Below, in pieces: positions 52,601 through 64,000 of a stretch of DNA of 64,000 bases. The notes under the pieces were generated by a model. The model made no database searches and had not been told where the DNA came from. It worked only from the letters and a program-made list of their open reading frames with translations. The position numbers and the translations under genes are program-made. The stretch is from Auanema rhodensis (lineage: Eukaryota; Animalia; Nematoda). How positions within the stretch are numbered: the stretch's first letter is position 1; each line of letters opens with the position of its first letter. Where the stretch lies: positions 17,546,001-17,610,000 of the forward strand of contig OZ059897.1 in the NCBI GenBank assembly GCA_964057225.1, written 5' to 3'.

Positions 52601-54000
52601 CAGCTTACAAATCCGCATCGAATGCACTATACTACATTGAGAAACGCTTAATACAAAAATTAGTTATGATCGTTTGAAAAATGATGCATTAGTGTATGTT
52701 GAGTTTCCATGTACACTCAACATTGCTTCCAAAAACATTTTGACAAAAATTTTTTCGAAAAATTTCAAGATAATTTAGCAAAAAGTAGATGTTTTTAGAT
52801 TCCTTTTTTCAAGGCAAAGACGATGGACAATGTTATTCAACGAAAAAATTAATTCTTCAGGGTGAAAATCGAGGATATAAGTGTGAACTTATATCAGTTG
52901 ATATCTCGGTGCATTTTTAAGCTAGCGCAAATCTGATAACACAGATCGACGTAGCTTAAAAATCCGCATCGAATGCACTATACTACATTGAGAAACGCTT
53001 AATACAAAAATTAGTTATGATCGTTTGAAAAATGATGCATTAGTGTATGTTGAGTTTCCATGTACACTCAACATTGCTTCCAAAAACATTTTGACAAAAA
53101 TTTTTTCGAAAAATTTCAAAATAATTTAGCAAAAAGTAGATGTTTTTAGATTCCTTTTTTCAAGGCAAAGACGATGGACAATGTTATTCAACGAAAAAAT
53201 TAATTCTTCAGGGTGAAAATCGAGGATATAAGTGTGAACTTATATCAGTTGATATCTCGGTGCATTTTTAAGCTAGCGCAAATCTGATAACACAGATCGA
53301 CGTAGCTTGAAAATCCGCATCGAATGCACTATACTACATTGAGAAACGCTTAATACAAAAATTAGTTATGATCGTTTGAAAAATGATGCATTAGTGTATG
53401 TTGAGTTTCCATGTACACTCAACATTGCTTCCAAAAACATTTTGACAAAATTTTTTTCGAAAAATTTCAAAATAATTTAGCAAAAAGTAGATGTTTTTAG
53501 ATTCCTTTTTTCAAGGCAAAGACGATGGACAATGTTATTCAACGAAAAAAACAATTCTTCAGGGTGAAAATCGAGGATATAAGTGTGAACTTATATCAGT
53601 TGATATATCGGTGCATTTTTAAGCTAGCGCAAATCTGATAACACAGATCGACGCAGCTTAAAAATCCGCATCGAATGCACTATACTACATTGGGAAACGC
53701 TTGATACAAAAATTAGTTCTGATCGTTTGAAAAATGATGCATTAGTGTATGTTGAGTTTCCATGTACGCTCAACATTGCTTCCAAAAACATTTTGACAAA
53801 AATTTTTTCGAAAAATTTCAAAATAATTTAGCAAAAAGTAGATGTTTTTAGATTCCTTTTTTCAAGGCAAAGACGATGGACAATGTTATTCAACGAAAAA
53901 ATTTATTCTTCAGGGTGAAAATCGAGGATATAAGTGTGAACTTATATCAGTTGATATCTCGGTGCATTTTTAAGCTAGCGCAAATCTGATAACACAGATC
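28700..54000 (+). repeat. Large tandem duplication of a 33- to 39-monomer block; boundaries approximate
   Basis: Private SNP pairs are spaced 13689 bp (29683/43372, 29774/43463, 31456/45145, 34831/48520), then 11934 bp (37046/48980, 37478/49412, 39703/51637, 40276/52210), then 11583 bp (41726/53309, 42110/53693). Confidence 0.92.
33700..36900 (+). repeat. 5-monomer (1755-bp) tandem duplication nested in the left copy of the large block
   Basis: C228T at 34618/36373, ttccaTaaac at 34831/36586, and the ORF-opening variant monomers at 33968/35723. Confidence 0.88.
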
Positions 54001-57000
54001 GACGCAGCTTAAAAATCCGCATCGAATGCACTATACTACATTGAGAAACGCTTAATACAAAAATTAGTTATGATCGTTTGAAAAATGATGCATTAGTGTA
54101 TGTTGAGTTTCCATGTACACTCAACATTGCTTCCAAAAACATTTTGACAAAAATTTTTTCGAAAAATTTCAAGATAATTTAGCAAAAAGTAGATGTTTTT
54201 AGATTCCTTTTTTCAAGGCAAAGACGATGGACAATGTTATTCAACGAAAAAATTAATTCTTCAGGGTGAAAATCGAGGATATAAGTGTGAACTTATATCA
54301 GTTGATATCTCGGTGCATTTTTAAGCTAGCGCAAATCTGATAACACAGATCGACGTAGCTTAAAAATCCGCATCGAATGCACTATACTACATTGAGAAAC
54401 GCTTAATACAAAAATTAGTTATGATCGTTTGAAAAATGATGCATTAGTGTATGTTGAGTTTCCATGTACACTCAACATTGCTTCCAAAAACATTTTGACA
54501 AAAATTTTTTCGAAAAATTTCAAAATAATTTAGCAAAAAGTAGATGTTTTTAGATTCCTTTTTTCAAGGCAAAGACGATGGACAATGTTATTCAACGAAA
54601 AAATTAATTCTTCAGGGTGAAAATCGAGGATATAAGTGTGAACTTATATCAGTTGATATCTCGGTGCATTTTTAAGCTAGCGCAAATCTGATAACACAGA
54701 TCGACGTAGCTTAAAAATCCGCATCGAATGCACTATACTACATTGAGAAACGCTTAATACAAAAATTAGTTATGATCGTTTGAAAAATGATGCATTAGTG
54801 TATGTTGAGTTTCCATGTACACTCAACATTGCTTCCAAAAACATTTTGACAAAAATTTTTTCGAAAAATTTCAAAATAATTTAGCAAAAAGTAGATGTTT
54901 TTAGATTCCTTTTTTCAAGGCAAAGACGATGGACAATGTTATTCAACGAAAAAAACAATTCTTCAGGGTGAAAATCGAGGATATAAGTGTGAACTTATAT
55001 CAGTTGATATATCGGTGCATTTTTAAGCTAGCGCAAATCTGATAACACAGATCGACGCAGCTTAAAAATCCGCATCGAATGCACTATACTACATTGAGAA
55101 ACGCTTGATACAAAAATTAGTTCTGATCGTTTGAAAAATGATGCATTAGTGTATGTTGAGTTTCCATGTACACTCAACATTGCTTCCAAAAACATTTTGA
55201 CAAAAATTTTTTCGAAAAATTTCAAAATAATTTAGCAAAAAGTAGATGTTTTTAGATTCCTTTTTTCAAGGCAAAGACGATGGACAATGTTATTCAACGA
55301 AAAAATTTATTCTTCAGGGTGAAAATCGAGGATATAAGTGTGAACTTATATCAGTTGATATCTCGGTGCATTTTTAAGCTAGCGCAAATCTGATAACACA
55401 GATCGACGCAGCTTAAAAATCCGCATCGAATGCACTATACTACATTGAGAAACGCTTAATACAAAAATTAGTTATGATCGTTTGAAAAATGATGCATCAG
55501 TGTATGTTGAGTTTCCATGTACACTCAACATTGCTTCCAAAAACATTTTGACAAAACTTTTTTCGAAAAATTTCAAGATAATTTAGCAAAAAGTAGATGT
55601 TTTTAGATTCCTTTTTTCAAGGCAAAGACGATGGACAATGTTATTCAACGAAAAAAACAATTCTTCAGGGTGAAAATCGAGGATATAAGTGTGAACTTAT
55701 ATCAGTTGATATATCGGTGCATTTTTAAGCTAGCGCAAATCTGATAACACAGATCGACGCAGCTTACAAATCCGCATCGAATGCACTATACTACATTGAG
55801 AAACGCTTAATACAAAAATTAGTTATGATCGTTTGAAAAATGATGCATTAGTGTATGTTGAGTTTCCATGTACACTCAACATTGCTTCCAAAAACATTTT
55901 GACAAAAATTTTTTCGAAAAATTTCAAAATAATTTAGCAAAAAGTAGATGTTTTTAGATTCCTTTTTTCAAGGCAAAGACGATGGACAATGTTATTCAAC
56001 GAAAAAATTTATTCTTCAGGGTGAAAATCGAGGATATAAGTGTGAACTTATATCAGTTGATATCTCGGTGTATTTTTAAGCTAGCGCAAGTCTGATAACA
56101 CAGATCGACGCAGCTTAAAAATCCGCATCGAATGCACTATACTACATTGAGAAACGCTTAATACAAAAATTAGTTATGATCGTTTGAAAAATGATGCATT
56201 AGTGTATGTTGAGTTTCCATGTACACTCAACATTGCTTCCAAAAACATTTTGACAAAACTTTTTTCGAAAAATTTCAAGATAATTTAGCAAAAAGTAGAT
56301 GTTTTTAGATTCCTTTTTTCAAGGCAAAGACGATGGACAATGTTATTCAACGAAAAAAACAATTCTTCAGGGTGAAAATCGAGGATATAAGTGTGAACTT
56401 ATATCAGTTGATATATCGGTGCATTTTTAAGCTAGCGCAAATCTGATAACACAGATCGACGCAGCTTACAAATCCGCATCGAATGCACTATACTACATTG
56501 AGAAACGCTTAATACAAAAATTAGTTATGATCGTTTGAAAAATGATGCATTAGTGTATGTTGAGTTTCCATGTACACTCAACATTGCTTCCAAAAACATT
56601 TTGACAAAAATTTTTTCGAAAAATTTCAAGATAATTTAGCAAAAAGTAGATGTTTTTAGATTCCTTTTTTCAAGGCAAAGACGATGGACAATGTTATTCA
56701 ACGAAAAAATTAATTCTTCAGGGTGAAAATCGAGGATATAAGTGTGAACTTATATCAGTTGATATCTCGGTGCATTTTTAAGCTAGCGCAAATCTGATAA
56801 CACAGATCGACGTAGCTTAAAAATCCGCATCGAATGCACTATACTACATTGAGAAACGCTTAATACAAAAATTAGTTATGATCGTTTGAAAAATGATGCA
56901 TTAGTGTATGTTGAGTTTCCATGTACACTCAACATTGCTTCCAAAAACATTTTGACAAAAATTTTTTCGAAAAATTTCAAAATAATTTAGCAAAAAGTAG

Positions 57001-58900
57001 ATGTTTTTAGATTCCTTTTTTCAAGGCAAAGACGATGGACAATGTTATTCAACGAAAAAATTAATTCTTCAGGGTGAAAATCGAGGATATAAGTGTGAAC
57101 TTATATCAGTTGATATCTCGGTGCATTTTTAAGCTAGCGCAAATCTGATAACACAGATCGACGTAGCTTGAAAATCCGCATCGAATGCACTATACTACAT
57201 TGAGAAACGCTTAATACAAAAATTAGTTATGATCGTTTGAAAAATGATGCATTAGTGTATGTTGAGTTTCCATGTACACTCAACATTGCTTCCAAAAACA
57301 TTTTGACAAAATTTTTTTCGAAAAATTTCAAAATAATTTAGCAAAAAGTAGATGTTTTTAGATTCCTTTTTTCAAGGCAAAGACGATGGACAATGTTATT
57401 CAACGAAAAAAACAATTCTTCAGGGTGAAAATCGAGGATATAAGTGTGAACTTATATCAGTTGATATATCGGTGCATTTTTAAGCTAGCGCAAATCTGAT
57501 AACACAGATCGACGCAGCTTAAAAATCCGCATCGAATGCACTATACTACATTGGGAAACGCTTGATACAAAAATTAGTTCTGATCGTTTGAAAAATGATG
57601 CATTAGTGTATGTTGAGTTTCCATGTACGCTCAACATTGCTTCCAAAAACATTTTGACAAAAATTTTTTCGAAAAATTTCAAAATAATTTAGCAAAAAGT
57701 AGATGTTTTTAGATTCCTTTTTTCAAGGCAAAGACGATGGACAATGTTATTCAACGAAAAAATTTATTCTTCAGGGTGAAAATCGAGGATATAAGTGTGA
57801 ACTTATATCAGTTGATATCTCGGTGCATTTTTAAGCTAGCGCAAATCTGATAACACAGATCGACGCAGCTTAAAAATCCGCATCGAATGCACTATACTAC
57901 ATTGAGAAACGCTTAATACAAAAATTAGTTATGATCGTTTGAAAAATGATGCATTAGTGTATGTTGAGTTTCCATGTACACTCAACATTGCTTCCAAAAA
58001 CATTTTGACAAAAATTTTTTCGAAAAATTTCAAGATAATTTAGCAAAAAGTAGATGTTTTTAGATTCCTTTTTTCAAGGCAAAGACGATGGACAATGTTA
58101 TTCAACGAAAAAATTAATTCTTCAGGGTGAAAATCGAGGATATAAGTGTGAACTTATATCAGTTGATATCTCGGTGCATTTTTAAGCTAGCGCAAATCTG
58201 ATAACACAGATCGACGTAGCTTAAAAATCCGCATCGAATGCACTATACTACATTGAGAAACGCTTAATACAAAAATTAGTTATGATCGTTTGAAAAATGA
58301 TGCATTAGTGTATGTTGAGTTTCCATGTACACTCAACATTGCTTCCAAAAACATTTTGACAAAAATTTTTTCGAAAAATTTCAAAATAATTTAGCAAAAA
58401 GTAGATGTTTTTAGATTCCTTTTTTCAAGGCAAAGACGATGGACAATGTTATTCAACGAAAAAATTAATTCTTCAGGGTGAAAATCGAGGATATAAGTGT
58501 GAACTTATATCAGTTGATATCTCGGTGCATTTTTAAGCTAGCGCAAATCTGATAACACAGATCGACGTAGCTTAAAAATCCGCATCGAATGCACTATACT
58601 ACATTGAGAAACGCTTAATACAAAAATTAGTTATGATCGTTTGAAAAATGATGCATTAGTGTATGTTGAGTTTCCATGTACACTCAACATTGCTTCCAAA
58701 AACATTTTGACAAAAATTTTTTCGAAAAATTTCAAAATAATTTAGCAAAAAGTAGATGTTTTTAGATTCCTTTTTTCAAGGCAAAGACGATGGACAATGT
58801 TATTCAACGAAAAAAACAATTCTTCAGGGTGAAAATCGAGGATATAAGTGTGAACTTATATCAGTTGATATATCGGTGCATTTTTAAGCTAGCGCAAATC
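51100..58900 (+). repeat. 11-monomer (3861-bp) tandem duplication; boundaries approximate
   Basis: T48C at 51637/55498, C270T at 52210/56071, A316G at 53309/57170, A73G at 53768/57629. Confidence 0.88.
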
Positions 58901-61900
58901 TGATAACACAGATCGACGCAGCTTAAAAATCCGCATCGAATGCACTATACTACATTGGGAAACGCTTGATACAAAAATTAGTTATGATCGTTTGAAAAAT
59001 GATGCATTAGTGTATGTTGAGTTTCCATGTACACTCAACATTGCTTCCAAAAACATTTTGACAAAAATTTTTTCGAAAAATTTCAAGATAATTTAGCAAA
59101 AAGTAGATGTTTTTAGATTCCTTTTTTCAAGGCAAAGACGATGGACAATGTTATTCAACGAAAAAATTAATTCTTCAGGGTGAAAATCGAGGATATAAGT
59201 GTGAACTTATATCAGTTGATATCTCGGTGCATTTTTAAGCTAGCGCAAATCTGATAACACAGATCGACGTAGCTTAAAAATCCGCATCGAATGCACTATA
59301 CTACATTGAGAAACGCTTAATACAAAAATTAGTTATGATCGTTTGAAAAATGATGCATTAGTGTATGTTGAGTTTCCATGTACACTCAACATTGCTTCCA
59401 AAAACATTTTGACAAAAATTTTTTCGAAAAATTTCAAAATAATTTAGCAAAAAGTAGATGTTTTTAGATTCCTTTTTTCAAGGCAAAGACGATGGACAAT
59501 GTTATTCAACGAAAAAATTAATTCTTCAGGGTGAAAATCGAGGATATAAGTGTGAACTTATATCAGTTGATATCTCGGTGCATTTTTAAGCTAGCGCAAA
59601 TCTGATAACACAGATCGACGTAGCTTGAAAATCCGCATCGAATGCACTATACTACATTGAGAAACGCTTAATACAAAAATTAGTTATGATCGTTTGAAAA
59701 ATGATGCATTAGTGTATGTTGAGTTTCCATGTACACTCAACATTGCTTCCAAAAACATTTTGACAAAATTTTTTTCGAAAAATTTCAAAATAATTTAGCA
59801 AAAAGTAGATGTTTTTAGATTCCTTTTTTCAAGGCAAAGACGATGGACAATGTTATTCAACGAAAAAAACAATTCTTCAGGGTGAAAATCGAGGATATAA
59901 GTGTGAACTTATATCAGTTGATATATCGGTGCATTTTTAAGCTAGCGCAAATCTGATAACACAGATCGACGCAGCTTAAAAATCCGCATCGAATGCACTA
60001 TACTACATTGGGAAACGCTTGATACAAAAATTAGTTCTGATCGTTTGAAAAATGATGCATTAGTGTATGTTGAGTTTCCATGTACGCTCAACATTGCTTC
60101 CAAAAACATTTTGACAAAAATGTTTTCGAAAAATTTCAAAATAATTTAGCAAAAAGTAGATGTTTTTAGATTCCTTTTTTCAAGGCAAAGACGATGGACA
60201 ATGTTATTCAACGAAAAAATTTATTCTTCAGGGTGAAAATCGAGGATATAAGTGTGAACTTATATCAGTTGATATCTCGGTGCATTTTTAAGCTAGCGCA
60301 AATCTGATAACACAGATCGACGCAGCTTAAAAATCCGCATCGAATGCACTATACTACATTGAGAAACGCTTAATACAAAAATTAGTTATGATCGTTTGAA
60401 AAATGATGCATTAGTGTATGTTGAGTTTCCATGTACACTCAACATTGCTTCCAAAAACATTTTGACAAAAATTTTTTCGAAAAATTTCAAGATAATTTAG
60501 CAAAAAGTAGATGTTTTTAGATTCCTTTTTTCAAGGCAAAGACGATGGACAATGTTATTCAACGAAAAAATTAATTCTTCAGGGTGAAAATCGAGGATAT
60601 AAGTGTGAACTTATATCAGTTGATATCTCGGTGCATTTTTAAGCTAGCGCAAATCTGATAACACAGATCGACGTAGCTTAAAAATCCGCATCGAATGCAC
60701 TATACTACATTGAGAAACGCTTAATACAAAAATTAGTTATGATCGTTTGAAAAATGATGCATTAGTGTATGTTGAGTTTCCATGTACACTCAACATTGCT
60801 TCCAAAAACATTTTGACAAAAATTTTTTCGAAAAATTTCAAAATAATTTAGCAAAAAGTAGATGTTTTTAGATTCCTTTTTTCAAGGCAAAGACGATGGA
60901 CAATGTTATTCAACGAAAAAATTAATTCTTCAGGGTGAAAATCGAGGATATAAGTGTGAACTTATATCAGTTGATATCTCGGTGCATTTTTAAGCTAGCG
61001 CAAATCTGATAACACAGATCGACGTAGCTTAAAAATCCGCATCGAATGCACTATACTACATTGAGAAACGCTTAATACAAAAATTAGTTATGATCGTTTG
61101 AAAAATGATGCATTAGTGTATGTTGAGTTTCCATGTACACTCAACATTGCTTCCAAAAACATTTTGACAAAAATTTTTTCGAAAAATTTCAAAATAATTT
61201 AGCAAAAAGTAGATGTTTTTAGATTCCTTTTTTCAAGGCAAAGACGATGGACAATGTTATTCAACGAAAAAAACAATTCTTCAGGGTGAAAATCGAGGAT
61301 ATAAGTGTGAACTTATATCAGTTGATATATCGGTGCATTTTTAAGCTAGCGCAAATCTGATAACACAGATCGACGCAGCTTAAAAATCCGCATCGAATGC
61401 ACTATACTACATTGGGAAACGCTTGATACAAAAATTAGTTATGATCGTTTGAAAAATGATGCATTAGTGTATGTTGAGTTTCCATGTACACTCAACATTG
61501 CTTCCAAAAACATTTTGACAAAAATTTTTTCGAAAAATTTCAAGATAATTTAGCAAAAAGTAGATGTTTTTAGATTCCTTTTTTCAAGGCAAAGACGATG
61601 GACAATGTTATTCAACGAAAAAATTAATTCTTCAGGGTGAAAATCGAGGATATAAGTGTGAACTTATATCAGTTGATATCTCGGTGCATTTTTAAGCTAG
61701 CGCAAATCTGATAACACAGATCGACGTAGCTTAAAAATCCGCATCGAATGCACTATACTACATTGAGAAACGCTTAATACAAAAATTAGTTATGATCGTT
61801 TGAAAAATGATGCATTAGTGTATGTTGAGTTTCCATGTACACTCAACATTGCTTCCAAAAACATTTTGACAAAAATTTTTTCGAAAAATTTCAAAATAAT

Positions 61901-63900
61901 TTAGCAAAAAGTAGATGTTTTTAGATTCCTTTTTTCAAGGCAAAGACGATGGACAATGTTATTCAACGAAAAAATTAATTCTTCAGGGTGAAAATCGAGG
62001 ATATAAGTGTGAACTTATATCAGTTGATATCTCGGTGCATTTTTAAGCTAGCGCAAATCTGATAACACAGATCGACGTAGCTTGAAAATCCGCATCGAAT
62101 GCACTATACTACATTGAGAAACGCTTAATACAAAAATTAGTTATGATCGTTTGAAAAATGATGCATTAGTGTATGTTGAGTTTCCATGTACACTCAACAT
62201 TGCTTCCAAAAACATTTTGACAAAATTTTTTTCGAAAAATTTCAAAATAATTTAGCAAAAAGTAGATGTTTTTAGATTCCTTTTTTCAAGGCAAAGACGA
62301 TGGACAATGTTATTCAACGAAAAAAACAATTCTTCAGGGTGAAAATCGAGGATATAAGTGTGAACTTATATCAGTTGATATATCGGTGCATTTTTAAGCT
62401 AGCGCAAATCTGATAACACAGATCGACGCAGCTTAAAAATCCGCATCGAATGCACTATACTACATTGGGAAACGCTTGATACAAAAATTAGTTCTGATCG
62501 TTTGAAAAATGATGCATTAGTGTATGTTGAGTTTCCATGTACGCTCAACATTGCTTCCAAAAACATTTTGACAAAAATTTTTTCGAAAAATTTCAAAATA
62601 ATTTAGCAAAAAGTAGATGTTTTTAGATTCCTTTTTTCAAGGCAAAGACGATGGACAATGTTATTCAACGAAAAAATTTATTCTTCAGGGTGAAAATCGA
62701 GGATATAAGTGTGAACTTATATCAGTTGATATCTCGGTGCATTTTTAAGCTAGCGCAAATCTGATAACACAGATCGACGCAGCTTAAAAATCCGCATCGA
62801 ATGCACTATACTACATTGAGAAACGCTTAATACAAAAATTAGTTATGATCGTTTGAAAAATGATGCATTAGTGTATGTTGAGTTTCCATGTACACTCAAC
62901 ATTGCTTCCAAAAACATTTTGACAAAAATTTTTTCGAAAAATTTCAAGATAATTTAGCAAAAAGTAGATGTTTTTAGATTCCTTTTTTCAAGGCAAAGAC
63001 GATGGACAATGTTATTCAACGAAAAAATTAATTCTTCAGGGTGAAAATCGAGGATATAAGTGTGAACTTATATCAGTTGATATCTCGGTGCATTTTTAAG
63101 CTAGCGCAAATCTGATAACACAGATCGACGTAGCTTAAAAATCCGCATCGAATGCACTATACTACATTGAGAAACGCTTAATACAAAAATTAGTTATGAT
63201 CGTTTGAAAAATGATGCATTAGTGTATGTTGAGTTTCCATGTACACTCAACATTGCTTCCAAAAACATTTTGACAAAAATTTTTTCGAAAAATTTCAAAA
63301 TAATTTAGCAAAAAGTAGATGTTTTTAGATTCCTTTTTTCAAGGCAAAGACGATGGACAATGTTATTCAACGAAAAAATTAATTCTTCAGGGTGAAAATC
63401 GAGGATATAAGTGTGAACTTATATCAGTTGATATCTCGGTGCATTTTTAAGCTAGCGCAAATCTGATAACACAGATCGACGTAGCTTAAAAATCCGCATC
63501 GAATGCACTATACTACATTGAGAAACGCTTAATACAAAAATTAGTTATGATCGTTTGAAAAATGATGCATTAGTGTATGTTGAGTTTCCATGTACACTCA
63601 ACATTGCTTCCAAAAACATTTTGACAAAAATTTTTTCGAAAAATTTCAAAATAATTTAGCAAAAAGTAGATGTTTTTAGATTCCTTTTTTCAAGGCAAAG
63701 ACGATGGACAATGTTATTCAACGAAAAAAACAATTCTTCAGGGTGAAAATCGAGGATATAAGTGTGAACTTATATCAGTTGATATATCGGTGCATTTTTA
63801 AGCTAGCGCAAATCTGATAACACAGATCGACGCAGCTTAAAAATCCGCATCGAATGCACTATACTACATTGAGAAACGCTTGATACAAAAATTAGTTCTG
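56600..63900 (+). repeat. 7-monomer (2457-bp) higher-order repeat, about 3 copies
   Basis: A73G at 57629/60086/62543, A316G at 57170/59627/62084, and ORF-track copies at 57485/59942/62399. Confidence 0.9.
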
Positions 63901-64000
63901 ATCGTTTGAAAAATGATGCATTAGTGTATGTTGAGTTTCCATGTACACTCAACATTGCTTCCAAAAACATTTTGACAAAAATTTTTTCGAAAAATTTCAA

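Larger units (their letters stand above)
1..64000 (+). repeat. Tandem satellite DNA array, 351-bp monomer, about 182.4 head-to-tail copies
   Basis: The monomer start aacgct(t/a)aatac recurs at 1, 352, 703 ... 7021 (=20x351+1). After four 2-bp deletions the register is shifted by exactly 8 bp and holds to the end (base 64000 = monomer position 126). Spacings in the ORF track are all multiples of 351. Confidence 0.99.

Noticed and set aside
18173-64000. 22 copies of a 65-aa minus-strand ORF (MKFFEKIF...)
   Set aside because: It starts at TTG and is open only in monomers with SNP A24C (TAA>GAA on the minus strand); most monomers have the stop. It has no recognisable domain. It is useful as a variant marker, not as a gene.
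1-64000. CRISPR array
   Set aside because: There are no unique spacers (the full 351 bp repeats) and no cas genes.

Overview
The whole 64-kb window is one uninterrupted head-to-tail satellite DNA array. It holds about 182.4 copies of a 351-bp monomer (about 31% GC by hand count of monomer 1), all in the same orientation, and copies differ by only a few substitutions. I saw no genes, transposon insertions, inversions or array edges, and all listed ORFs are by-products of single satellite SNPs. The sequence looks like eukaryotic heterochromatic or (peri)centromeric satellite; I cannot name the species or family. Two layers of hidden structure stand out. (1) Each monomer carries several hairpins, including a 67-nt, 26-bp stem-loop (monomer positions 264-330) whose variants mostly keep pairing as G.U wobbles on the + strand, and a 9-bp stem capped by a GNRA-type GTGA tetraloop. 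(2) Rare SNPs and one 2-bp deletion reveal nested duplications spaced 2, 4, 5, 7, 11, 13 and 33-39 monomers apart, a readable history of array expansion. Variants written like C265T use monomer coordinates, where monomer 1 = window 1-351.
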